DNA of 64,000 nucleotides from Vicugna vicugna (Eukaryota): NCBI GenBank assembly GCA_013265495.1, contig MU058463.1, positions 744,001 to 808,000 of the forward strand, read 5' to 3'. Shown piece by piece: positions 50,395 to 64,000 of this stretch (position 1 is its first letter; each line of letters starts with the position of its first letter). The notes under the pieces were generated by a model. It saw only the letters and a program-made list of their open reading frames with translations, ran no database searches and was not told where the DNA came from. The position numbers and the translations under genes were made by a program.

Positions 50395-51340
50395 TTAATA
50401 TGTTACTACCACTATGATTATACCCTTAAATTAAGTACTTTCGCAGGCATCCTCTAAGAATAAAGGCTATTCTTCTATATAACTTTAGTAGCATTATAAC
50501 AAAGGGTAAGAAGAGTTCCATAATGCCATTGAATATTCAGTTTATATGTAATTTCCCTTACTAGTCCCCAAAGTCTCTTTTATAGATTTTTTCACCAGAT
50601 TCAATCAAATCTCAGATACTACTTCTGATTGTTATGTATGTTTTTTTATTCTTTTTACCTAGAATAGTCCTTCTATCTATCATCTATCTATCTATTTAAT
50701 GTTATGTTGTATACTTTTGGAAGAAGTCATTAAGTTGTCTAGTTGACTGCCCTCACATTCTGGATCTGTCTCAGTGTTTTCTCATGGTGGCATTTAACTT
50801 GTTCCACTATCCAATTTATTTCCTCTGGGGTTTAGGACTAAAAGATTATTTGGTTCAAGTTGAACATGATTGTCAAGAATGTCTCGTAGGGGCCATTTTT
50901 CCTCTCTTGGATCGGCCCACTCCCAATTGTCAGGACTGTACTATCTTTCACTATTTTTTTACTTAAGTAATAAAAATCTTGGGGAAAAAAAAAAAAGGAT
51001 GTCTCATAGCTGATAAAGTATACTTTATATTGCATCACATCAGTTGTACATATTGTCAATTATTAATTGTCAACTATTAATTTTACTGAGTTGGATCATT
51101 TCATTGAAGTAGTGACCACCAGATTTTTCCATTTGAGAGACAGGTTTCTTTTTTGTTTATTTTTTCCTGATTCGTAATTCCATGCAACTATCATGCTACC
51201 TAACGTACTTTCACCCAATGATTACTTTTCTAGCCAGTTATTATACTTGGGATTGCAAAATGTTTTCTAAAAATTCTCAGATCATTTCATTTATTAGTAA
51301 AATTCTTCTGTAAAGAGGTTTTCTTGCCACTGTATCTTTT
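50395..51340 (-). mobile_element. L1MC4/5-like 3' end
   Basis: tcctctaagaataaaggctattcttctatataac...cctcacattctggatctgtc...tttaacttgttcc...ttggatcatttcattgaagtagtgaccaccagatt. Confidence 0.7.
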
Positions 51341-51499
51341 TGTTTATGTATTTGTTTATTTAGGAATAGTATTGAACCAAGATTTTAAAAGTATGGTAAA
51401 CTAGTATTATTTTGTGGTTCAAATGATTGCTTTTGATTGAATATTATATCAACAATTAAATATAATAAATTATTCATCAGTTATTTGCTTAAATTTCCT

Positions 51500-53130
51500 A
51501 TATTGACTTTTATTTCATGAGCTTATTCTCTAATATATATCTAAGGAAGGGATGGTGAATATAGTGCTTCTTGTGTTTTTGCATGTTTATTGCTTCTTTT
51601 TCTTGAAACATTACTCTACTGTTGGCTTTTTTTTGTATGTTTCTGTTAATAAGAATAATGGAAATTTAATTTAATTATTTTAATTTAATTTAATTATTTT
51701 ATATTAATTTTATAACTGTTTTGATCTTCTTTCCTGGACTGAGGAGCCAAGAACTTTTCTATTTGTACTTAAAATGCAATCGCTTTTCTAAGATAAAGAT
51801 TTTTAAGTTTCACCACCCAATCGATTTTTTTAAGCATAAGAGTAATCTTACCAGTATTTAGACTTTCACATTCTTTCTTTAATCAGAAAATTTCATTTTA
51901 ATATTGAATATTGGTTGCATTCCACTGTTTAGTTTTTGCTTTTAAGGGTCTACAATTTATATGTATGTATCTACTCATGTCTGCATCCACATTTATATAT
52001 TTATGCATTAATGTATATATATGTATGTATTTTTTTCTTTGGTCCATTTTATTTTTCTTTATTATATTGTCTGGCTTTTTTTTCATTCTTCTCTTCTATA
52101 TTTATTACTTTATTTGCAATTTCTGTCATTTCTTCCATTGCAATTTTGTAACATTTCTGAGATGTTTTGTTCTTCAGTTGTTTTTTTTCTTTATTCACTT
52201 TGCTCTTTTCTCACATTTTTCTTTTCCTTGTGCATTATAATCATTAATTTTTTTAATATATAATTTATTATATTTATTTCGCTTCTCTAATTTCTTATTT
52301 AATTTTAATCCATTAAGGGCAAAAACATTGTTGCACAATTTACCCAGCTCTTTCAGATCCCCTCTTCCACAGCAGGGTGTTATAAGTTTTCCATATATAG
52401 AATTATTGATTGGCATGTTTTTATTCTTATAGTAACTTTGTGTAGATGTAAATTGTCTTTTCTTGCTTGGAGAAAGTTTTGCAGATGTTTTCTGTACTAG
52501 CAATAACAATTGAGTGGGGTTGGGGAAGAGTCTGGGTGGCTTCTTTATTTTCTTTAAGAGTTTTATATTCTGGTATTATAGTGAAGTTGAAGTCTTTGGT
52601 AGTTTCATGTGTGTGTAGTGAGAGGGGAACTGGTCAGTGTGCTGTCTGCTTCTGATTCAGGGATGCCTTCTTGTTTTCATAGGTTTATGAACCTGAACAT
52701 CATAGATCTTTCTCTCCTTTCACCACCAAGCCTCCTTCTTTTTCCCTCCTATTTCCTAGGTGTACTTCCCAACACTGCTTCCTCTGGAATTGTACACTTC
52801 TCGTGTCCTTTCTTTTTGATGTACCAGATCTGACTCATTCTCAGTATTCCTTACCCAGGGCAGGAAACTCTTTCTGGGCAGTTTTATTTATATTCTACCA
52901 CTGTTTGGGTTCCTCTGTACACCTTTCTCTTTTAGGAATACATTCTAATCTACTGCTCCTCAAAAATGAGCTCCATACCTGTGTCTGCTATTTTCAAGTG
53001 TTGGTTTCCTTTGTTACATATAAATTGAATTTTACTGTGTTCTCTGTTTATAGATTATCCTGTAGAACATGTGAAGAAGTTCTGATCTAAGGTTGTCAAC
53101 ATTATCTTGTGTATACCAAGAAGTCTCAAG
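51500..53130 (-). mobile_element. Ancient HAL1/L1ME ORF1 and 5' fragments
   Basis: Long T-rich degenerate antisense L1-like tract. The many Phe/Leu-rich ORFs here are compositional. Confidence 0.5.
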
Positions 53131-53790
53131 CCAATATATCTTAAATAGCTGAAAGTCAAAGGAAATTAAATACATGACCCTAACCAAGTATTTTTAATAA
53201 ATTGATCCATTAATCACAGCACAATGAGGACTAGGAAAAAATTAAAAGAGTAATATTTCTCTTCAGAATAAAGATAAGAACTTATGTTTTTGTAAGTAAA
53301 GTCTTAGTACTTATTCAGGGAAGCAAAGATTTCATATGAGGGTAATTAGATTATAGTCAATCTCAGAGCAATGAATTAAAAAGCAGTGTCTTGTCTTTCA
53401 TGATTCATTTGTTTACTCAGTACTAAAGGAAATTACTATTTTGTCTTTTTAAGGTATATTTTAAAAAATTAGATAAATTATAGTAAAAGTTATCATTTAT
53501 TTTCAGTTACTCTAAGCCATAAATTTATTTAATTTGAAAGTTAGCAGTTCTAACTCGTACTTTTGCCTCCCCAATTAGAAAGACAACACATTTTATATTA
53601 CACATAGGTAAGAGTTATTGTAATGATTACCCTTCTTTCTTTTTTCTCCTTCTATTATTTTCTTCTTTTTCCTCTAGATTCTTTTTCTTATGACATATGT
53701 GTTTCTCCTGTTGAAAACACAAAAATAAATTATTTTGGAAAACAGAAAGATGATTTTGCATTGTATGAGACTGCTGTTAAGGGCATTCTC

Positions 53791-54231
53791 ATAACCTTCC
53801 TTTTATACTTACCCTGTCTGAAAGGAAAAAAATGGATGCAGTTAATATAAAGAAATCTGTAAACTATAGTCTGCTGAACATTACTATCATCTGCATATAC
53901 TAATTATGTGCTTAACTCACACTTCAAGGAGCATATTGAGGAACGTGATTTCAAAAGCTTGCTCTTCAGGAGTTTTATACTGAAATGTTCAGCAAGGTCT
54001 AGAGAAATAAATAACCTTCCTTTTATACTTACCCTGTCTGAAAGGAAAAAAAATGGATGCAGTTAATATAAAGAAATCTGTAAACTATAGTCTGCTGAAC
54101 ATTACTATCATCTGCATATACTAATTATGTGCTTAACTCACACTTCAAGGAGCATATTGAGGAACGTGATTTCAAAAGCTTGCTCTTCAGGAGTTTTATA
54201 CTGAAATGTTCAGCAAGGTCTAGAGAAATAA
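53791..54231. repeat. Tandem direct duplication, 2 x 220 bp
   Basis: 53791-54010 and 54011-54231 are identical except A7 versus A8 in ggaaaaaaa(a)tgg. Confidence 0.98.
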
Positions 54232-55329
54232 AAAATCTCTCTTTCCATGCTTGACTGAAACCAAGAAATTGAGAAATGCTGTGGAGTTATTAACTGAAGC
54301 TCTTCCTTTTATATTTCAAACAATAGTCTGAAATTTATTTTACTAGCTTTCAGAGATGTTTTTGTTTCATAACAGTGTGCTTTGCACAGTCATTGCAGGA
54401 GAGATGCATTTGTTTATATTTTCATTTGGCAGATTATATTTAACAAACATTGATTAAGTGAGTGAAAATGACTGGAGCAGGGAACATGAGTATGTGTATT
54501 TGGTGGTGGAAGTGATGAAAGGTGTATATAACTAAGTTGGGGAGAGCGAAATGTCTTTTTCCTTTTAGCAGGGGAAAAAAACAAAGACAAATAATACAGA
54601 ATGCAAGGTTACTAAGATGGGCAATTTGCCAATGTTTGGGTAAATTGGATGATTTCCACATCAACATTCCATTAGTTTTATGGAAAATTGTTATTTTTTA
54701 AATGTTTTTCCAAGCAGTGAGCATGATTCTACAATTAAGTATAGTGGCATTAAAAACTTCTAATTTTTCTAAAGAAATATTAATTAAAGCTCTAATCCCT
54801 TGAAATTTCCATCTCACTGAATTAGAGAAACAAAACAAATAACAATAGAAGAACAAGATCAAAGAAAGGGAATGATTTGTTCAAGCAGAGTTATTAAAAA
54901 CAATTTTTTGCATATTTTAGTGATGTATGTGCAAACTTGAAAATCCTCCAAAATTTTTGCTGTAGGTTCTGAAAATTTTTTTTCTTATTTAAGTTAGTTA
55001 TAATGCTCTTGGTTAAATGGATATCAGCATCTGTCAAGAGACAATATATCAAAATATAGAAAATTCTACAAGTATTAAAGTGTAATTCTGATGTCCAAGA
55101 AAATGGAAATATTTCAATAATTTAATATTATATGATGCAGATATTTAAAAATCGATTTAAACACCAATCCTGACATAGGAAACACATAAGTTGACAGAGG
55201 AAAATATGGGAAATACATCAAACGGTAACATTGACTTTGAGAGCTTTGTGAGCTTTGTTTACAAAATGTCTGCACTTTCTATATTTTAGAAGTATGATTA
55301 TATTACATATGAGATTAAAATTTTAATTT

Positions 55330-56330
55330 ATTTTTTTAACTCTGGGAGTAGATCCTTGGATGTGTTCAACAGTAGCTTTCATCATTGCACCATTGTCCAA
55401 TTTCATTGTGAGCATTACATTTCCTTGTGAACATATTTCCTTCGGAACATTCTTGAGGGTATGTGGTGCCACTTCCTTTTTTCCTTAGGACCTCTCACAT
55501 GTGGTTTCTTTGTAGATTAGCCTGGACATTGCTGAACCTTTTCGATTGCTTCTTTGTTTCTATAAATGCTTTAAACATGGCAATTATATATTCGTATCAG
55601 ATAATTTCAGTGTCAGAATTTCTTGGGAGTATGATTCAGCTTTTTTTACTTTTTCACTGGTAGTGACTTATTCTGCGGTTGTTTTGTAATTTTCCTGTGT
55701 GTCTGTGCATATTTTTAAACCTCATAGTTATCTGAATATATAAAGTACTGAGGGACCTGGGCTGAGGATCTCTTTCTTCAAAAGTTCTGCTTTACTTCTA
55801 CAATACACGACTTGCTATCAATACAGAATAACTTTTTGCATTAATGATTGGTTTGCTGCTACAAAATATCAGAGGAGACTTGTTTCCTATTCTTTCTTCC
55901 TTCCTACTTCTATCCTATATTTCCCTCATTTCTTCATTTTCTTTCTTTTTAAAATTTTTTAATTTTATTACTGAGATATTTAGTTGCTGTTTGTGCCTGC
56001 TTCTTTAATACTATGGAAGTATGAACTTCCAAGTGCACAACTCGACCAGGTCCATGCCCTGTTTCCTGAATCCTGACTGGCCTTTCACTTGTAAGGCTCT
56101 ATGTTCTTGGTGTCACCATATGTCCTTGACATACTGTGGGGTTATTTAAGCTTATCACTGTGGAATTATGTTTCCTCCTCCCTTTTTAACACTGGGATTT
56201 ATCTTATGTACCTGTGAACATAAATTGGTTTTATTTATATTCATTATACTTCCTATCAAAAACTTTATTCTCAGTGAAGGTTTTAAGAATTTCTAATCTT
56301 TCAATTTTGTGGAAAGAGGAGTCCACAAAT
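55330..56330 (-). mobile_element. Ancient L1 ORF1/5' fragments
   Basis: ttaaacatggcaattatatattcgtatcagataatttcagtgtcagaatttcttggg...ctgagggacctgggctgagg, typical of antisense L1ME ORF1. Confidence 0.5.
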
Positions 56331-56469
56331 GTCAGCTTAATACATAACTCCTTATTGCTTGACTTTCTCAAAGAAATATATATATAATTTTTGTATTCTG
56401 AAAAAGTAGTATCTGCTAAACACTAATCATAGAAGAAAATGCAAATGTCCTAATGTGACATATAGACTT

Positions 56470-57015
56470 TTTTCTTATTATTATTATAAAGACTTATTTT
56501 TAAAGAGAAATTTAAGATTGACAGCAAAATGGAGGGGGAGATACAAAGATTTCCTTTATACCTTTTGCACCCCTCACCCTAGGTCACATAGGCTCTGATA
56601 ATACCCCTGTACATCAGGCTCTCATTAACTGACTTTTCCCCAGGGCAGGCCTAATTAATAAGAACACAGTGCTCTGGCAGTGTCACGATGGTTCCTTTTC
56701 TCCTCCCCCTGTGGGAAGCAAGATGAGGCTTTTCTCTTATGTTTGCTGTGGGGAGTCTGGTTAAGCTCCTGGAGGTAAACCTCACAATATTGTGAGATCC
56801 TCTCTAAGACTGGAGCATCTTGGGGTTTTAACTCTCAGAGTTGTCCTCACTGAGCCTCCAGTAATCTGTCAAATACAGTTCCAGTTTTCCTCTCAGGCAC
56901 TGCTTCCTACAGTAGTTTTCATTCTTGAGTCTCTGCTGCAATAAAATGTGACTCCCTGTATTTTCACCTGTCTCTCTCTCTTCAGTCTTCAAGGCAGTCA
57001 TTTGTCTTGTATCCT
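56470..57015 (-). mobile_element. L1MC-like 3' tip (56470-56580) fused to L1M 5'UTR (56580-57015)
   Basis: tttaagattgacagcaaaatggagggggagatacaaagatttcc matches the 3' end seen at 15140. The rest aligns by eye with 16760-17150. Confidence 0.7.
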
Positions 57016-57615
57016 ACAATATAAGATTTTCAAATTATGTCCCATGACTCTTTATTCCTTCTTATCTCCCACACTTTGAATTCTCTCCATTCTCCTTTCA
57101 TCCTAAATGTCATCATTTTTTAAAAAATGCCCAAAGTGGTCAAATTCACCTTAAATATGACTCCTTCGTGATACCTTTTATGAACTATTAAGACGCGGAG
57201 GCAATATCTTCTGACTTCCATAGGGATAATATATTTTTCACCTTTTTCATTACTTTTGAAAGAACACAAGAACTCTTATTACTTATTATACTATGCATTT
57301 ACCTAGTTATTAAAATATAGTGTCTTCTTATCTGTGTGTATGTATGTGTCATTCTATATACCTTTGTATAGTTGAGAAATTAGTTTCATGGAATGACCAC
57401 AAACCCCAAACCAAAAGAGTCAGGACAGTTGAATAAGCAGCAACCAAAGGTAATCTTTTTAGTGCCATCACATGTTACAGTTAACCTGGAGATGTATTGA
57501 AGTCATGCATAAAGGAGAAAATAACAAATAGCAAAATTCTTATCTTTCCATAGTTAATCCCTAAGTCTTTTTAGAAGAAAAAAAGTTGGCCTAATACCCA
57601 AAACTAAAGGGAATA

Positions 57616-58078
57616 TGTTGTAAACAAAGAAACATAATGTTGCTCATCACCAAGTTTTACAAGGATCAAGTCCTTAACCACTGCACTCGCTGAAGGACAG
57701 CACGCTCTGAGAGGATTTCAGGATGTCGCTCTCTGTGCTTTGGATAAACAGGCCCTGTAGATAGTTAGATGTGTATCTCAGGAAAAACTTTAATGAATCC
57801 AAATGTTTGTATCTTCCCATACATAGAAAAGCACTGAAATCATTAGCTTGAGATAGCTGTTCTTTGAGACTAGCAGTGATGTTTTTTCTTACCAAGGTAT
57901 ATGCTTGACTGCACATACTCCCTACCCAAAAAATCACAGATAAACTGGCTTCTCCCCTACACCTTCAGAGAGGTTTCCTCAGAGCTATTGAGAGGCTGTC
58001 TCCCTGGTTTTCGTCCTCAGTAAGACCCTACGTAAAACAAACTCACAAAACATTTGTGCATTTGCCTTTAAGTCAATA
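57616..58078 (+). mobile_element. ERV1-like LTR preceded by a PPT-like tract and probable 3' internal remnant (57370-57615)
   Basis: aaactaaagggaata|tgttgtaaacaaag ... ttcctcagagctattgagaggctgtctccc ... ttaagtcaata. Confidence 0.7.
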
Positions 58079-61000
58079 GTACCATATGGACCCTTTTCTC
58101 AGGGTCACTCCATCTGATAATGCATGATATCTTTAGCTTTAAAGCTGAAAATGTATTTCTTTAATGTGTAACAATTTAAAAAAAAATCTTCCTATGGCAG
58201 ACCATGATAGGTTTGGATTTATTTTGTAAGAGTTTGAACACTTTCTCTAGTAAAAGTGTATGCCCTTGTAATCAAACTTAAAATATAAAGAAGAAAGCTT
58301 AAAATCTACAACAATGAATTTTTAGCATGTTCCACTAACTACCAAATATAATTTTGAAAATGGAGCTTTTGGCAGGAACTTGAAAGCAGTTGGCTCAACA
58401 TCATGTTCCTGGCAAATGAGACATATATGGTTTTTTGTCCAAACATAAAGCTGGAAAAGCTGTCATTCTATTTTTTGAATTAAATAAATTGACTTTATTT
58501 CACTTTAGATCGCCAACCATATGATAGAGATTGTCTATAAAAGTAGCTTTTGCTGTGGACAAGTTTTATTACATCAATCAGTTTTAAATTTTTACAAATG
58601 TCTAACATAAACAGTTTATCCCCGGAGTTTTATACCATGAATCATGGGAAATATTTTTGATTAGTAAAATTATATTATCATTTATCAGTTAATACTATCA
58701 ACTGACTTCTCAGTCGTAAAGATTATTATTATGACTCCTGATTTTTTATATGGTTGTGTGTGTGACTATATGTATCTGAGTAAGTCATATATCCACTTTA
58801 AAAATAGACTACATAGTAATTGAATGAATTAGACTGGCACACTGAGTTATTTGTTAATATCTCTGTAATTTTAAATAAATGTCTTACATAAGAACACCAA
58901 CCTGAGAAATATGTCAAGATATTGAATTGCTAAGAGAAGCTGTATCTGGCAAGTGGTTTTATTACTCTTAAAATAGGTTACCTTAGTTTCAAAACATTTG
59001 TGTGTCCCCTAAGTGTCATGCACTATGTGAATTAAATTTTCCCTTTGAAGTTTTTATGTATTCTATTATTCTCAGAATATCATCTTCTCTTACTCTTTGG
59101 TTTTATTGTCGTTGCTGAGTTTTTTCACTAATTTTTATTAACTAGTCATTCTCACTTACTAACTTCAGACTGAAGACTTTCTTCCCACTTGATCAAACCT
59201 CAAAATTCACAAGTCACTTGTCTAGTTGCAGGAGACTTCCAATCAACTTTAAGAGAACTGAAGTACTATTAACAGGTTTTAGTGAACTGATTTACTTTAA
59301 CAGATGTCTTACCTTTGCTTTAGAAGGTGTGACTCCCTCTTGCCCTTTTTCTCCACAAAAACTGCAAGATCTGCAGTGAGTTTTTCCTCACCTGACATGA
59401 AATGTTGCTAGTCATCCAATTGTGAAACTATGATACAGATCCAAATGTATAACAACAAATAAGTAGCAAACATTTCATGCTTTATGGTGCAACATGAAAT
59501 TTTAAATACAGCCTCATTGGTATCTGATATTAGGAAATAACAGATGTGTTGAGTATATAGCCTTCTGGCATGTAGGATTGGTTGATGAAGAGCAATTGAA
59601 CGAAGATTAAAACAAACCTCTCTCAGTGGATTCTCTCTCTAGTGCATAGCTGCTTACTTTATTTCTACTTTTTACTAAGAAAATATGTTGAATTATTCAA
59701 CATCTAAAAAATCAAAAGCAATTTGCTTCATGATTTGAGCTAACAATCAGCTGAGCTTTTCTAAGTCAGTAAGTTACTGAAAATAGTTTTGCCACATAGA
59801 GTAATTTAAGAGCAGTAAAAATTATCAACAGCAACAAAAAACTTAATTCCTATTGTTGACCCTATTTTATAGTCAAAAGGGGCAGTGAAAACTCTGTCTT
59901 ACAAATTCATATCTTCAAAGAGAGAAATATCATTTGTTAGGATCAAGTATGGAAGAATATGTACAGCATTTCTCACTGAATTTTAAAAATTTGGTGACTC
60001 TCATCTGACTATCATACCTAATTATTGTTTTTATTACCACATTTTAAGTGGTAATTATAAAATGTATCACTAATTAGTGCTAATTAAAAATTAATTGCAA
60101 GATTTCTGCAAAAATCTATTGAAACCAGCTGAACAAAGAATTCCTAAATATAAGTTAACTTAGGAAACTTATTTTGGGCTTTATCCAAGAGTTCATGAAC
60201 ATTTCATTACTTGCTGGAAGAATTCTCAATGTGATCAAGATCAAAGTACTTGATAAAGCTGAAAAGTCCTTTGCAGTTGACTGGTACATGGACTTCAGTA
60301 TTGGATGCTGAATCATTTGCAATGTTCTGATACTTTTGTATTAATAAATGAATTTAAAACTTGTGTTAATTGTGAAGTAACTTCTTATTGGCAACTATTA
60401 TCCTTGGGTAGATAGCTCGAAAACATTTGAAATAAATAGCTATAATGATATTTCTCTGCTTTACAAAGTCATTGCATGCAAATTAGAGTAATACTGATTA
60501 TAGCTTCATTTCAATATCATTTAAAAAATAAATATCTTAAGAGAAAGTGCTTTTAATTTCTTAGACTTTATTCAAAATTCCTATTAATTGCTGATTAATG
60601 TTTGATACATTCTTAATCTACATCTTGTACTAAAGAGAAAAAGCAAATTTTTTTTTCTGGCCAATAATATTAAGGTTTTATATGAATGAATTAGATTGTT
60701 TTTTATGTTTCCAAATACCTAGTCATTAAATTTCATTATTCAGATATTTTAATAACCATTTTTATTCCCAAGTTGTTTGCCAATTTAATTTTTACTTTTA
60801 TTTATGGTAAAAATACTTTGGAAATTACTATTTTTATGAACATCTCACACAATATTTTATTTAAAAGGTATGACATAGCTTATGCCAATTAAACCTCTTT
60901 GAACCAGATCATTCTGAGGTTATTCAATATTTCAAATAACTCAAAGGTAATAGCTTAATGAACTTCCTTATTATCTTAAAAGGCTTAAAAACCAATATAG

Positions 61001-61606
61001 CCTTAAAATATGTAATCTGCTCTAAGCAAGACTGCATCAAATTTTGCTTAAAATTACATTTTTTAATAGGTTGAGGTAGCAGAATACATTTCTTAATGGC
61101 TGGCTTCAGTAGGGTATTCCAAAGAATCTTAAAAATCTGGACATTTATAACAATTATTTATTTATGAGTTGCTGACTATATTCTTTGGTTAACATTCCAT
61201 TAATTGAATCTATGTTTTGTAGTGGTTTTAGAGCTTAGTAATACTGCATTGTGTGTCTCATCAATCTCCCTCATAAATATTAAAGCAAATGAACTCTTTC
61301 CAGTTTGTTAACATAAATAATGTATCTCTGCAGTCTGGAAACTTACTGGAAATTTCTTGCATTTTAAGTAAGGCACTTCTAAACTTGAATACTCAGAGAA
61401 ATGATAGAGGGACAATTTTCTGATTAAATGTCTTAGCCCAATAAATAACTTAATCATTCGTGAACTAAGTAACTTTGATAAATGGAAAATAATGTGTCTT
61501 TTTATTCATACATTTCTATTTGTATTAAATCAATTTAAATTTTTATCAGTGTATGCAATTTCAAGACTAGGTTTGGAAATAGGATATACCAGAAATAGCT
61601 TTCCAA

Positions 61607-61629
61607 TCTCTCTCTCTAAATAGATAGAT

Positions 61630-61675
<46 letters not shown>

Positions 61676-61742
61676 GATAGATAGAGATATATATAGATAG
61701 ATAGATCTCTCTCTATATATATGCATATATGTGTGTGTGTGT
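61607..61742. repeat. Compound microsatellite (TC)n-(GATA)n-(TA)n-(TG)n
   Basis: About 11 perfect GATA units from 61629, with interrupted units and flanking dinucleotide runs. Confidence 0.95.
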
Positions 61743-63479
61743 TTACGTATCTTGTATGAAGATACTTAAGTCTAAGATGCGAAGAAGTTAAGGCCCTGAC
61801 TTTTAAAAGTTGAGCAATCCAGTTCTGATTCAGAGAGCAATAAAAACTGTTAAATATATGATTTTTTAAAAAGACACCTTCAATAAACACTCAGTTGTAA
61901 CCAGTCACACTTCTAATTTGCTAATCCAGAAAACCGTTATAACCATTCCTTTAAAGTCACTTTTTTTTATATACACCTAATTACCATCTACAAAGCACAT
62001 AACGTTCCTTATAAGCCTGATTTACATTAGGAAAAGATGAAGTGGTTATAACCTCACAATAAAAATCAGTCCTGATAATTACAGTATTTAGCTTGGATTC
62101 ATGCGTATTCATGCATAACTTGTGAATAATTGTGGACAATTCAAGACTGTAGAATTTATAAAGACTTACTAATGCAAAAAAAAAAAAAGTTCAGGAAATA
62201 GGAGAAGCCCAAGCTATTTGAATGATCTATCTACATAATCTTTCAAATTCATATCATTTTGGAACAAGCATCACAACTTTGAGGATGTTTGCTGCCTGCT
62301 TTGGTTTATCCTCCTTTAGGCAGAGACTGTACATCAAAGCAAGAAAAGAATTGATAATCATTCACATTTTGTTCAGTCAGTAAAGAGCTTTACCAAATGA
62401 TACGTAGGAAAAAAGATTGGATTTTTATATAAAATGAGCAGTGCAATCATTAACGACAACAGTATTAAGTAATTCATGAATATTTATGACTCTTCTCCAC
62501 GTAGTTTGATTAAGTCTTTGAGAGCCTTCATTATTTAAATGATTTGTGGAGGGTGAGGTTATTTTAAAGTCAATAATTTTTTCTCACATGTATATGAACT
62601 CTCAAGCTGGAAGCTACATAGTTTGTTGAAATATAAAAACATTGCTGGCAATACTCAAGTCAGTTAAACGTCTGTTAAATTTCTGGTATATTGTAATCAT
62701 TGTTTTAGGCCAAGGTGGGGATGGGAGAAACAGGAAGCCCTATGGAATCTAAAAGAAAGGGCAACATATCCCCTACAGAAAAGAAATGTAGAACAGGTGA
62801 GAGGAAAGAAAGAAAAGATGTGCCAACAAAAATTAACTAGGAAAAAACTTGAAAGAAAGAAAGCAATATGTAATATTTGTGAAGTGTTAAATATCCATGA
62901 AATGTTGAAAGCACTTATTATTTTGGTATACTATTGTTCTAAGAAGTCTGTAAACTGTGTTAAGTTAGGATAGGTTAATTGTTGCCTGTAACAAAGGATC
63001 AAACACTGCCATAGAAGAGATGGACCTTGATTTCTTATAATTAAGGGTAACTCTATCGTGACTTTCTCTAACATAGCTGTAAATGTCAGGAATTTTGAAA
63101 TGTCAAATCAAACTTTAACTGCCTGATTAAACAAATAGTAAAAAAAAAAATAGAATCATGAAATATTGCAACATGATAATTGGCTCTATATTAGTCAAAT
63201 GAACCACAAAACTCTGCTTTCTTCCTTAAAAAGTAAGATAGCTAAAGTCTCCAAATGCCTGGGATTTAACCTTTCTGGTATCATAAATGCACTGTGAAAT
63301 ACAAAATATCTGTAAATATTTACTTATCTTTCTATCTAATAGAATGTGATATTTTACTGAAAGTCTGCATATTGTCTTATTTGAATCTCTGTTAATTATA
63401 ATTTTGTAAATTATAGTCATTTATTACTGTGTCAATTTAGTTAAGCTACAACTACATTGTTCAGAATTATTTTACCAAA

Positions 63480-63815
63480 TGGCTTCAAGTTAGTGTTGGC
63501 CACAAGACAAATTTCTGTGAGACTTTTAAGGCAGAAATGAAGTATATTTATACTCTGAAAATTGAAGGAGGGTATCAGTTACCTTGGCAGTTTGACATGT
63601 TGCCACTAATGTGTTTAGTCATCTTGTTGACCTGGGACATGCAGTTTCTCCACTTCCCACCCCATCTTCTCCTACATCTTTTGTTCTCTTGGACTAGGAT
63701 AAAGAGTGGCATATACTCCTCTATGAGGTCCCAAATACATAGGCCCTAAACATTATGATAAATTCCCTATTCTGTTACACTCAGAGTGGTTTTGGTTCTC
63801 TCTGAATAAAAATGT
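63480..63815 (+). mobile_element. Possible old ERVL-type LTR fragment
   Basis: ttggccacaagacaaatttctgtgaga...ataaattccctatt...gtggttttggttctctctgaa resembles old ERVL LTR 3' ends. Confidence 0.35.
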
Positions 63816-64000
63816 ATTGTTAGAAAAATAGGTATAGTAAGAGATTCCAGAGGAAAAGAACCTTAATGAATGGTTTTTTGAATTGGGTATGAGTTATCTA
63901 GAAGTGATTCTCTAACCTGATTATATCTAGACATTAATGACACTGTTTCCAGTTACTTAAATGATCTCCTGTAGACACCTGTATTAAGTATTTATGGAGG

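Noticed and set aside
51898..53090. Cluster of overlapping hydrophobic ORFs
   Set aside because: Artefact of T-rich antisense L1/HAL1 sequence.

Overview
AT-rich, CpG-depleted mammalian genomic DNA (intergenic or deep-intronic). It is most likely camelid, judged from a Vic-1-type tRNA-derived SINE at 311-460 and camelid-style young L1 3' ends. I see no intact host protein-coding gene. The window is a mosaic of retroelements (L1, HAL1-like, L2, MIR, MaLR/ERVL, ERV1-like and ERVK-like LTRs), old DNA-transposon remnants (Tigger3a-, MER58B-, MER20-, MER63A-like), microsatellites and a full-length processed RPL35A pseudogene. The most interesting object is a young 902-bp class II (betaretrovirus-like) solo LTR at 49041-49942 with a perfect 6-bp TSD. 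Its long U3 carries an uninterrupted 130-codon frame that begins at the LTR's terminal TG and encodes a predicted type II membrane glycoprotein, the same architecture as the MMTV superantigen gene. Other oddities are a near-perfect 220-bp tandem duplication, two L1 5'UTR-to-3'-end fusions, an isolated L1 5' tip flanked by direct repeats, and a perfect 24-bp palindrome. Repeat family names come from my recall of consensus sequences, not from a database search, and the boundaries of old repeats are approximate.
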